Sequence record: MT442039.1
Source: Vibrio phage vB_ValS_X1
Length of the DNA: 24,000 bases
Reading direction: 5' to 3' (one strand)
Below are positions 9,596 through 15,411 of the stretch, one piece after another. Below the pieces are notes generated by a model. That model was given only the letters and a program-made list of their open reading frames with translations. It was not told the DNA's origin and made no database searches. Position 1 is the first letter of the stretch. Each line of letters starts with the position of its first letter. Made by a program: the position numbers and the translations under genes.

Positions 9596-10328
9596 AGCGG
9601 AATTACTATACAGGTACCCAGACCTAGTAACTCGTACCGGGCAGTTTACTCGAAGTCCCTCTAAGAAAGACGCCCTCAGGCAAGCTATAAAGGAAATCTT
9701 CCCTGAGGTATGTCCAGGGGTAGAGCTTACGGGGGAGTACTCTAGTATAAAGACTCCATTACAGGTTAGATGCGTTAGTTGCGGTCTCGGCTGGAGAACC
9801 TTCTTAGATAGAAAAATAACATGCCCCTCCTGTGGGACATGTAGAAAATTAACAACAGAAGTAGTTAGGAATAGGCTTAGATCTAGTAATATACGACTCT
9901 TAACCCCAATACAAGGAGCCAAAGATAGAGGAGTATTTGCATGTTTGCAATGTAATAATGTGTGGAAAACTCAAGTGTCTTCTATAACAAATAACAATAC
10001 TGGTTGCCCTTCTTGCTCTAGGGTTAGTAATTATCTATACATGTGGACCTCAACCTGTGGTGTACTAAAAGTAGGAATCACTACACGTAGCAACTTTCTG
10101 AGCAGAGTATCCTCTGTATTAAGAAAACATGAATTAGAGTTAGACGACCTAATTCACTTCTATCTTCCACAGGGAGCCACAGGAACAGAAGCACTCCTAC
10201 TATCTGAACTACGAAAAGACTACGTACCGTATACTAGAAGCACGCAGGACGGGCACACGGAGATGTTTGAGTGCCCAGAGACTCTGTCACAGGTAGTGGC
10301 CAAATATATTAAAAATTACAGTTGCTAA
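9552..10328 (+). CDS. Zinc-finger plus GIY-YIG/T5orf172-like protein, candidate homing endonuclease
   Basis: Several CxxC pairs (VRCVSCGLGW, CPSCG, FACLQCNNVW, CPSC), then YLYMWTSTCGVLKVGITTR...RVSSVL...TEALLLSEL...TEMFECPE. Overlaps the rnhA 3' end; the ATG at 9567 is an alternative start. Confidence 0.65.
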   Translation: MRRRRMSGCTLKKIKAELLYRYPDLVTRTGQFTRSPSKKDALRQAIKEIFPEVCPGVELTGEYSSIKTPLQVRCVSCGLGWRTFLDRKITCPSCGTCRKLTTEVVRNRLRSSNIRLLTPIQGAKDRGVFACLQCNNVWKTQVSSITNNNTGCPSCSRVSNYLYMWTSTCGVLKVGITTRSNFLSRVSSVLRKHELELDDLIHFYLPQGATGTEALLLSELRKDYVPYTRSTQDGHTEMFECPETLSQVVAKYIKNYSC

Positions 10329-10344
10329 ATAGATACATTTTGCG

Positions 10345-10350
10345 TATAAT
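10345..10350 (+). promoter_or_regulatory. Putative promoter -10
   Basis: TTTTGCGTATAATATACTTCTAATTTGAAAGGAG before a small ORF. Confidence 0.5.
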
Positions 10351-10376
10351 ATACTTCTAATTTGAAAGGAGATACT

Positions 10377-10514
10377 ATGCGCAATTTTGTAGCTAAGCAC
10401 GCACGCTCCTTTAATAAGGCAGCAGTGCACCGTGACAGAACTAAATACACCCGCAATACTAACTGGATGGACGAATGGCTCGACGATATCGAGCCTCCCA
10501 GAGTTCTAATATAA
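10377..10514 (+). CDS. Small hypothetical protein (45 aa)
   Basis: SD GAAAGGAG then MRNFVAKHARSFNKAAVHRDRTKYTRNTNWMDEWLDDIEPPRVLI. Confidence 0.6.
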   Translation: MRNFVAKHARSFNKAAVHRDRTKYTRNTNWMDEWLDDIEPPRVLI

Positions 10515-10557
10515 GTACTATTATTTATATTAGCATTCTAACAACACAGGAGACCAT

Positions 10558-11223
10558 ATGCTAGCACCTACACTACATCAACACCTAGGATGGATGGCTG
10601 ACCTAGAGACTTTGGCTACTGCTAACTCGGCAGTAGTTCCGGAAATCTCACTAGTAGCTTTCGAAATTGACACTGGTAAAATTGTCCATGAAATGACCCT
10701 ACACCTTTCCGTAGATGAACAGTTGCAAGCAGGTCGAACGGTATCTAGCGGTACTCTAGGTTTCTGGTTAACTCAGACACAAGAAGCCCGCGATAAGTTA
10801 CTCCTAGCTATGGACGATTACCAAAACCAAACAATTGGTAAACTTCCGTGGGGGGTAAACGAAGCTCTGACTCATATCAGGGATACGGTACGTATGATTA
10901 CCTATCAATGGGAGATTCAGAATAAACACAAAATAGACCGTGATATTGATGCGTCCGGCCCACGCCCTCTAATTTATGGCAACGGTGCTCGCTTCGATTG
11001 CGGTAAGGTAGCGGATTTGTATGAGAGAGCGAATCGAGAAAACGATTACCCTTGGGGTTACAGTGGCGATCGTGATATTCGTACTTTGCATTCTCTAGCC
11101 CCGTCCTTTAAAGGACAGGAAGAGTTTGAAGGTATCCCGCACTTTGGTTTAGATGACTGTAAGCATCAAATCAAATACACACACAAAATCTACAATGCAA
11201 TTCTGGAGGCCTCAGCCCTATAA
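10558..11223 (+). CDS. 3'-5' exonuclease/exoribonuclease (DEDD-type, Rv2179c-like)
   Basis: MADLETLATANSAVVPEISLVAFEIDTGK ... IYGNGARFDCGKVADLYE ... HFGLDDCKHQIKY. Confidence 0.7.
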   Translation: MLAPTLHQHLGWMADLETLATANSAVVPEISLVAFEIDTGKIVHEMTLHLSVDEQLQAGRTVSSGTLGFWLTQTQEARDKLLLAMDDYQNQTIGKLPWGVNEALTHIRDTVRMITYQWEIQNKHKIDRDIDASGPRPLIYGNGARFDCGKVADLYERANRENDYPWGYSGDRDIRTLHSLAPSFKGQEEFEGIPHFGLDDCKHQIKYTHKIYNAILEASAL

Positions 11224-11261
11224 AATTGATTTCTTCAGTTGCCGAACAGCTCGAATAAACG

Positions 11262-11267
11262 TATAAT
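11262..11267 (+). promoter_or_regulatory. Putative promoter -10
   Basis: CGTATAATAG before the ORF at 11305. Confidence 0.45.
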
Positions 11268-11304
11268 AGTTTCATAAATTAAAAAACGACAAAGAGGAAA
11301 GATT

Positions 11305-11571
11305 ATGTCTAACACTAATAAAGTAGTAAAAGCACCTGTAGTTGGCGAAACTGTAAAGGTAAACCTATACACCGCGCGAAATGCGAAAGCGCCAACTGAT
11401 TACACGGGTCGCCTACAGCGAAGCCGCTCCTCTTCTATCGAGCGTATCTCGGCGATTTACTCTGATACGGAGAAAGATAAGAAAGGCAACACACTCTACA
11501 GCGTTCTCCTAACTTCTGGAGACCAGGTGTTCATCGCTCGTGGCGATAAGGGCTGGTACGCTGTTCGTTAA
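11305..11571 (+). CDS. Hypothetical protein
   Basis: 88 aa ORF preceded by AAGAGGAAAG. Confidence 0.65.
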   Translation: MSNTNKVVKAPVVGETVKVNLYTARNAKAPTDYTGRLQRSRSSSIERISAIYSDTEKDKKGNTLYSVLLTSGDQVFIARGDKGWYAVR

Positions 11572-11663
11572 ACCCAGTTAAGGGCGAATAATTAAAAACT
11601 TTATTTGCCCAATCTCTTAATTTTTCGTATAATAATATCTCATTCAGAAAATAAGGAAACACC

Positions 11664-11840
11664 ATGCAAAAGATGTCACGTAGAGGGAAGATGTTCTCTA
11701 ACCCTGACTACGCAGCGAAAGTAATGACTACTCGCTTTAAGGGTCTACAAAAAATCCTAGCGCTGCTTTCACGAGGAACTTCGGTTTCTAACTCAGAAGC
11801 GGCAATCTACCACGCAGCTAACCAAAAGGGGCTATTCTAA
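11664..11840 (+). CDS. Small hypothetical protein (58 aa)
   Basis: MQKMSRRGKMFSNPDYAAKVMTTRFKGLQKILALLSRG...; SD AAGGAA; followed closely by the next ORF. Confidence 0.6.
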   Translation: MQKMSRRGKMFSNPDYAAKVMTTRFKGLQKILALLSRGTSVSNSEAAIYHAANQKGLF

Positions 11841-11841
11841 T

Positions 11842-12135
11842 ATGGCATCAGGTCGTAACTCAAAACTTATTCGCACGCTAGCCTTACTAAACTCTAGCGA
11901 ATCAGGTCGTATCCTAGAAACTAAAATGGTCTATGGTGGTCTAATAACTACCAAGCGTGACTACGTGCAAAACAAAGGTGAAGAAAACGAGTTTACTGTT
12001 AGCACTCGTACCCTTCAACACGTAGAGGGCACGTATAAAAGCGAAGTGAAACGTGCAAAAGCTCTATACCGAGAAAAAGGTGTAGATGGTCTTATTGAAG
12101 CGATTGACGAGGCACTTTCCCGCCACGTCGAATAA
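11842..12135 (+). CDS. Hypothetical protein
   Basis: 97 aa ORF. Confidence 0.6.
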   Translation: MASGRNSKLIRTLALLNSSESGRILETKMVYGGLITTKRDYVQNKGEENEFTVSTRTLQHVEGTYKSEVKRAKALYREKGVDGLIEAIDEALSRHVE

Positions 12136-12166
12136 ATTTTCAATAGCTTTCAAGGTAAAATCTTGA

Positions 12167-12207
12167 TATAATAATTACAGAAATTGAGAGAAACAACCTC
12201 TCAATTT
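12167..12207 (+). promoter_or_regulatory. Promoter-like TATAAT followed by a perfect 10-bp leader hairpin at the head of the tRNA array
   Basis: GATATAATAATTACAG then AAATTGAGAG-AAACAAC-CTCTCAATTT (12181-12207). Confidence 0.6.
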
Positions 12208-12212
12208 CTAAT

Positions 12213-12289
12213 TGAGGTGTAGCTCAGTAGGTTAGAGCTGGGGAATCATAATCCCTGAGTCGGCGGTTCGAGTCCGCCCACCTCAACCA
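12213..12289 (+). tRNA. tRNA-Met or tRNA-Ile2 (anticodon CAT)
   Basis: TGAGGTG/CACCTCA acceptor, D-arm GCTC..GAGC, loop ATCATAA, T-arm GGCGG-TTCGAGT-CCGCC, encoded CCA. Confidence 0.92.
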
Positions 12290-12330
12290 AATAATTTAAA
12301 ATTACGTTTGCCCAATCTCTTTGAGTATTA

Positions 12331-12336
12331 TATAAT
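12331..12336 (+). promoter_or_regulatory. Putative promoter -10 embedded in a near-palindrome
   Basis: TTTGAgTATTATATAATAtTCAAA. Confidence 0.5.
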
Positions 12337-12374
12337 ATTCAAACAAATTGGAAAACAAAGCTAAGGAGCTTATT

Positions 12375-12707
12375 ATGCCATGTAGAAGCTACGAACCAAT
12401 CGACGTAGAGCGAGCAGAGAAGCAGTCTGCCCAACAAGAAGTACGTCAATTAAAGAATAGTCTAGGTAAAGCCCATACTCATATGGATAACCTAACACGT
12501 ATGCTTTGCTATGTAGTTACCAAGGCTATAGAAGAAGATGTCGATACAGATATCCTGAATAACGAAGTGCGAGACTGGTATACCGCACATCGTCAAGCTG
12601 ACCTCAACAACATGCGTGAGCTTATGGAGAATGTTGACCTTGATAGTCTTCCGAAAGAAGAATTCGATACAGTTGACCGAATTTTGAGCAAATACCAAAA
12701 GAAATAA
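12375..12707 (+). CDS. Hypothetical protein
   Basis: AAGGAG SD before the ATG at 12375 (track start 12348 is less likely); MPCRSYEPIDVERAEKQ... Confidence 0.6.
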   Translation: MPCRSYEPIDVERAEKQSAQQEVRQLKNSLGKAHTHMDNLTRMLCYVVTKAIEEDVDTDILNNEVRDWYTAHRQADLNNMRELMENVDLDSLPKEEFDTVDRILSKYQKK

Positions 12708-12739
12708 AAAATCATTAGCTCAACAGTCGAAAAGTTTGA

Positions 12740-12745
12740 TATAAT
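12740..12745 (+). promoter_or_regulatory. Putative promoter -10 flanked by an inverted repeat
   Basis: GTTTGAT-ATAATA-ATCAAAC then AAATTGAGAAAAG. Confidence 0.5.
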
Positions 12746-12772
12746 AATCAAACAAATTGAGAAAAGAATAGA

Positions 12773-12850
12773 AGCGGTTTTAGTCACGGCTGGTGCTGTT
12801 CCTGGGCTCATATCCCAGGCTGAGGGGTTCGATTCCTCACTCCGCAACCA
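12773..12850 (+). tRNA. Initiator-like tRNA-fMet (anticodon CAT)
   Basis: Anticodon arm CTGGG-CTCATAT-CCCAG (three G:C pairs next to the loop), A1:A72 mismatch, 3' CCGCAACCA, T-loop TTCGATT. Confidence 0.75.
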
Positions 12851-13206
12851 ATTTGGTTCTGCATGACCCCAACCTATATGCAGGTAAAACCTAGGATACG
12901 GTGCCTAGGAAACCAAAACAAATTGTTTATCAGGTTTTGGGTCTTTAGGCTAAAACCGACGTACATCCTGACTTAGTACCTTGAGTGAGAACGACGTGAG
13001 AATGAAACCAACGAACGCTACGGCTCAGTAGTTGTGGATTTCAATACCTGACCAATACCGATAGGGAAAAGTAAAGCCACCGAGGTTTACTGGTAAGCAA
13101 CCAAATTCAGGTGAACTGCGAAACTCTCGACTACCATCGTTCGCAAATAGTTTACCGAATCCCGCTAGTGGACAGGGCGGTATACAAGTACTTCCACCCA
13201 GATAGT
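12851..13206 (+). ncRNA. Structured non-coding segment between tRNA-fMet and tRNA-Lys
   Basis: Three-way junction TTTGGTT(12852-58)/AACCAAA(12911-17) enclosing CTGCAT/ATGCAG and CCTAGG/CCTAGG; AGTACcTTG(12975-83)/CAAGTACT(13185-92); AGTAAA/TTTACT; TGCGAA/TTCGCA. Confidence 0.55.
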
Positions 13207-13284
13207 TGGGGCGAAGCTTAAGTGTGTATAAGCACCGGACTTTTAATCCGGCGATAGTGGGTTCGAATCCCATCGCCCCTACCA
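13207..13284 (+). tRNA. tRNA-Lys (TTT)
   Basis: Anticodon arm CCGGA-CTTTTAA-TCCGG, D-stem GCTT/AAGC, T-arm GTGGG-TTCGAAT-CCCAT, CCA encoded. Confidence 0.92.
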
Positions 13285-13291
13285 ATTTAAT

Positions 13292-13366
13292 GCACTAGAA
13301 GGCGAAAGGCTAGCCGGCTCCCTTTCAAGGAGTTGTAAGCGGGTTCGATACCCGTCTAGTGTTCCA
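13292..13366 (+). tRNA. tRNA-Glu (TTC)
   Basis: GCACTAG/CTAGTGT acceptor, loop CTTTCAA, T-arm GCGGG-TTCGATA-CCCGT, CCA encoded. Confidence 0.88.
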
Positions 13367-13373
13367 AATCAAT

Positions 13374-13448
13374 TCACCGGAAGGCAAATGGCGAGCCATC
13401 TCCCTTTCAAGGAGACGTTAGCGAGTTCGATTCTCGTCCGGTGAACCA
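13374..13448 (+). tRNA. tRNA-Glu (TTC), second copy
   Basis: TCACCGG/CCGGTGA acceptor, TCTCC-CTTTCAA-GGAGA, T-arm GCGAG-TTCGATT-CTCGT, CCA encoded. Confidence 0.9.
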
Positions 13449-13449
13449 G

Positions 13450-13632
13450 ATTTCTTTAGTTAACATTCTGAACTCGTGCCAGCGCAAGAAAACATGCCCA
13501 GTGAGGGAGATGACAAGGTGGCGGATGTCTTGGAGATTTGCAACTCCGATGGTGTAAAAGAGGGCTATGGACGACCGCGAAAGAATGGGAGTAGCGAGTA
13601 ACGTGTGGCTTAGGGTGTTAAGCTAAAGAAAT
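13450..13632 (+). ncRNA. Structured non-coding domain closed by a 15-bp helix
   Basis: ATTTCTTTAG(13450-59)+TTAAC(13460-64) pairs with GTTAA(13617-21)+CTAAAGAAAT(13623-32), one bulged G; internal GGAG/CTCC and ACTCG/CGAGT. Confidence 0.6.
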
Positions 13633-13640
13633 TTAAAAAA

Positions 13641-13673
13641 TCAATTGCCTGAGACTCAGGAAATTGATATAAT
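13641..13673. promoter_or_regulatory. Long inverted repeat abutting a TATAAT box; reads as a terminator-like hairpin plus T-tract on the minus strand
   Basis: TCAATTgCCTGA-gac-TCAGGaAATTGA, TATAAT at 13668-13673; A6 tract upstream gives T6 on the minus strand. Confidence 0.5.
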
Positions 13674-13689
13674 AATCAAACAAATTGAG

Positions 13690-13846
13690 ATTTCTTTGAG
13701 AAAGCGAACAAAGACGATAGCAGCTAAATGTGGGTATAACACTGCTGAAATCCTCAGGGCACCCTCAACGCGCAAACCTGTATGCGAAAGAGTCGGAGTT
13801 CACGTTGTCTGTAACCGGTTTGGACGACAGCTTTCATCAAAGAGAT
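13690..13846 (+). ncRNA. Structured non-coding domain closed by a 15-bp helix, directly upstream of tRNA-Ala
   Basis: ATTTCTTTG(13690-98)/CAAAGAGAT(13838-46) and GAAAGC(13700-05)/GCTTTC(13830-35); internal AGCAG/CTGCT and GTTGTC/GACGAC. Confidence 0.6.
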
Positions 13847-13849
13847 TTC

Positions 13850-13920
13850 GGGGCTAGTCATGGATGCGGAGGGAGGCTTGCACCTTTCCGAGTGGGGTTC
13901 GATTCCCCATAGCTCCACCA
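13850..13920 (+). tRNA. tRNA-Ala (TGC), shortened D region
   Basis: GGGGCTA/TAGCTCC acceptor, GGAGG-CTTGCAC-CTTTC, T-loop TTCGATT, ACCA end; only 15 nt between acceptor and anticodon stem. Confidence 0.78.
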
Positions 13921-13925
13921 AATTT

Positions 13926-14016
13926 GTCGTATTAAACGTCTATGGAGGACGGCAGGATTGTAGTCCCTGTGTCTGCGAAAGCGGCTCCCTAGGTTCGATT
14001 CCTAGATGCGGCACCA
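13926..14016 (+). tRNA. tRNA-Tyr (GTA), class II
   Basis: GTCGTAT/ATGCGGC acceptor, CAGGA-TTGTAGT-CCCTG, variable arm with TCTGC-GAAA-GCGG, T-arm CTAGG-TTCGATT-CCTAG, CCA. Confidence 0.88.
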
Positions 14017-14023
14017 TTACAAT

Positions 14024-14101
14024 GGGTGAGAAGCATAAGTGAGTATATGCGGTCGGCTGTTAACCGAATGATAGAGGGTTCGAGTCCCTCCTTGCCCGCC
14101 A
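14024..14101 (+). tRNA. tRNA-Asn (GTT)
   Basis: D-stem GCAT/ATGC, loop CTGTTAA, T-arm GAGGG-TTCGAGT-CCCTC, GCCA end. Confidence 0.9.
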
Positions 14102-14142
14102 AATTATGAAAACTTTCAATAGCCTAACGAGTTTATTATTGC

Positions 14143-14148
14143 TATAAT
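14143..14148 (+). promoter_or_regulatory. Putative promoter -10
   Basis: GCTATAATAACTTTAGAAATTGAGAGAAAAGG. Confidence 0.5.
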
Positions 14149-14180
14149 AACTTTAGAAATTGAGAGAAAAGGAAAAACGT

Positions 14181-14354
14181 ATGTTTAATCAGTTTATGGT
14201 AATTAGTTCTATGGGTTGGATTATCCCTAAAGGTGATAAAATGAAAGCAGCTTTGTATGCTTACGCTTATGGAGCTAGTCTAAAAACGGTTAGACAACAA
14301 TTCGGTATCAGCAAACGTCGCTTGAAGAAAGCGATAAATGCCGGAAACTGGTAA
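14181..14354 (+). CDS. Small hypothetical protein, possible helix-turn-helix
   Basis: MFNQFMVISS...YGASLKTVRQQFGISKRRLKKAINAGNW; SD AAAAGGAAAAA before the ATG at 14181. Confidence 0.55.
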   Translation: MFNQFMVISSMGWIIPKGDKMKAALYAYAYGASLKTVRQQFGISKRRLKKAINAGNW

Positions 14355-14363
14355 AGAATTAAT

Positions 14364-14440
14364 GCGGTCTGGGTCTGCTAGGTGAAGATTCTCCCCTGTC
14401 ACGGGAGAGACGACGGGTTCGAATCCCGTAGATCGCGCCA
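14364..14440 (+). tRNA. tRNA-Asp (GTC)
   Basis: GCGGTCT/AGATCGC acceptor, CTCCC-CTGTCAC-GGGAG, T-arm ACGGG-TTCGAAT-CCCGT, GCCA. Confidence 0.9.
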
Positions 14441-14447
14441 AATTATA

Positions 14448-14543
14448 GTGGTCTTGCTATAGCGCATAGAGGTTCGACTCCTCTATAGAAAATACTCGCG
14501 GGAATAGTATTTGCTCAGGGGTTAGATTCCCCAAACCACACCA
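14448..14543 (+). tRNA. Divergent tRNA-like gene with long variable-arm-like hairpin (possible CGA anticodon, Ser?)
   Basis: GTGGT/ACCAC acceptor with ACCA end, ATAGAGG-TTCGACT-CCTCTAT arm, AAATACT/AGTATTT hairpin, GGGG-TTAGATT-CCCC T-arm lacking C56. Confidence 0.5.
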
Positions 14544-14549
14544 AACAAT

Positions 14550-14628
14550 GGGAGTTACCTCGAAGCTGGTTACCGTCAGAAGTGCAGGCTAAAGAAAAGC
14601 CTATAATACCTGCGCTGCTCCCACCCAA
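14550..14628 (+). ncRNA. tRNA-sized RNA element without canonical T-arm (acceptor-like GGGAG/CTCCC, 3' ACCCA)
   Basis: GGGAG(14550-54)/CTCCC(14618-22); internal GCAGG...CCTGC with nested AGGCT/AGCCT; lies exactly between tRNA-like genes with AAACAATG spacers. Confidence 0.45.
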
Positions 14629-14633
14629 ACAAT

Positions 14634-14709
14634 GCGTCTAAGTATATGGGTTATGCCGCGCGCCTTCCAAGCGTTGCAGAGTGGGGTTCGAGTCCCCCTA
14701 GACGCTCCA
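14634..14709 (+). tRNA. tRNA-Gly (TCC)
   Basis: GCGTCTA/TAGACGC acceptor, loop CTTCCAA, T-arm GTGGGG-TTCGAGT-CCCCC, UCCA end. Confidence 0.9.
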
Positions 14710-14725
14710 AATTTTGGAGTCTATT

Positions 14726-14929
14726 ATGATTGTGTTTATTAATGAGAGCCAAGAAGTCTCGTTATACTCTGAGTTAAGTCAGTGTTTCGACAACGAGGTT
14801 AACTTCCGTTTTAGTAAAATCCTAGATACAGAAACGGGAGAGCTATATGCCTACGGGCAGGAAGGTGCTCTTGACTACAAAACCGTAATAGAGGTCTTCG
14901 ACGATGAGTACGAAGACGAAGACGAATAA
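14726..14929 (+). CDS. Small acidic hypothetical protein
   Basis: MIVFINESQEVSLYSELSQCFD...DEYEDEDE; GGAG SD before the ATG at 14726. Confidence 0.6.
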   Translation: MIVFINESQEVSLYSELSQCFDNEVNFRFSKILDTETGELYAYGQEGALDYKTVIEVFDDEYEDEDE

Positions 14930-14930
14930 A

Positions 14931-15005
14931 GCTGGTATACACAAGCAGGGCATGTGCGCGGCTGATAACCGCCGAAGACTGGTTCGAGTCCAGTTACCAG
15001 TACCA
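14931..15005 (+). tRNA. tRNA-Ile (GAT)
   Basis: GCTGGTA/TACCAGT acceptor, D-stem CACA/TGTG, loop CTGATAA, T-loop TTCGAGT, ACCA. Confidence 0.9.
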
Positions 15006-15012
15006 ATTTAAT

Positions 15013-15095
15013 GCACGCATAGCCGAGGGGTACTACGAATGCCCTATCCGTAAGAGGAGCTGAAAATGGTGGTTCGAGTCCATCTGCGTGTGCCA
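15013..15095 (+). tRNA. tRNA-Arg (ACG), collapsed D-arm and enlarged variable region
   Basis: GCACGCA/TGCGTGT acceptor, GGGTA-CTACGAA-TGCCC anticodon arm, T-arm GGTGG-TTCGAGT-CCATC, GCCA; only TAGCCGAG between acceptor and anticodon stem. Confidence 0.7.
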
Positions 15096-15101
15096 AACAA
15101 T

Positions 15102-15178
15102 CAGAGCGTAGGGCAGTCTGGTAGCCTACTCCACTTGGAATGGAGATGTCGCAGGTTCAAATCCTGCCGCTCTGACCA
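15102..15178 (+). tRNA. tRNA-Pro (TGG), A37
   Basis: CAGAGCG/CGCTCTG acceptor, CTCCA-CTTGGAA-TGGAG, T-loop TTCAAAT, ACCA. Confidence 0.9.
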
Positions 15179-15185
15179 GTTAACT

Positions 15186-15262
15186 CGGTGCTTAGCTCAG
15201 TAGTGTAGAGCGCTCCGTTTGGGACGGAGGGGTCGTGGGTTCGAGTCCTACAGTGCCGACCA
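15186..15262 (+). tRNA. tRNA-Pro (TGG), G37, second copy
   Basis: CGGTGCT/AGTGCCG acceptor, D-stem GCTC/GAGC, CTCCG-TTTGGGA-CGGAG, T-loop TTCGAGT, ACCA. Confidence 0.9.
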
Positions 15263-15409
15263 AATTTGAGACGTTAGTTCAGCAACACCCAAGATAGCTG
15301 TTAACTCAAAGATGCGGGTCAACCGAGCTGTCGGTTGTAAAGTCAGAACAGTCGTTGAGCTTGCCGTAGGAGGGCAGCCTTAGCCGGGGTACGTAAAACC
15401 TCTCAAATT
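15263..15409 (+). ncRNA. Structured non-coding RNA closed by a perfect 9-bp helix
   Basis: AATTTGAGA(15263-71)/TCTCAAATT(15401-09); internal CAACCGA-GCTG-TCGGTTG and CAGC/GCTG + TTAA helices. Confidence 0.6.
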
Positions 15410-15411
15410 AT

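Noticed and set aside
13025-13285. Minus-strand ORF MVGAMGFEPTIAGLKV...
   Set aside because: GFEPTI-type peptide is the well-known artefact from antisense tRNA sequence (tRNA-Lys here).
13591-13610. GCGAGTAACGTGTGG resembles the 16S rRNA GAGTAACGCGTGG motif
   Set aside because: Only a short match, no surrounding rRNA conservation; treated as coincidence.
13645-13912. Plus-strand ORFs at 13645-13857 and 13730-13912
   Set aside because: Run through the helix-closed domain and into tRNA-Ala; no good RBS or domain.
14875-15096. Minus-strand ORF MAHADGLEPPFSAPLTDRAF...
   Set aside because: Antisense artefact over tRNA-Ile and tRNA-Arg.
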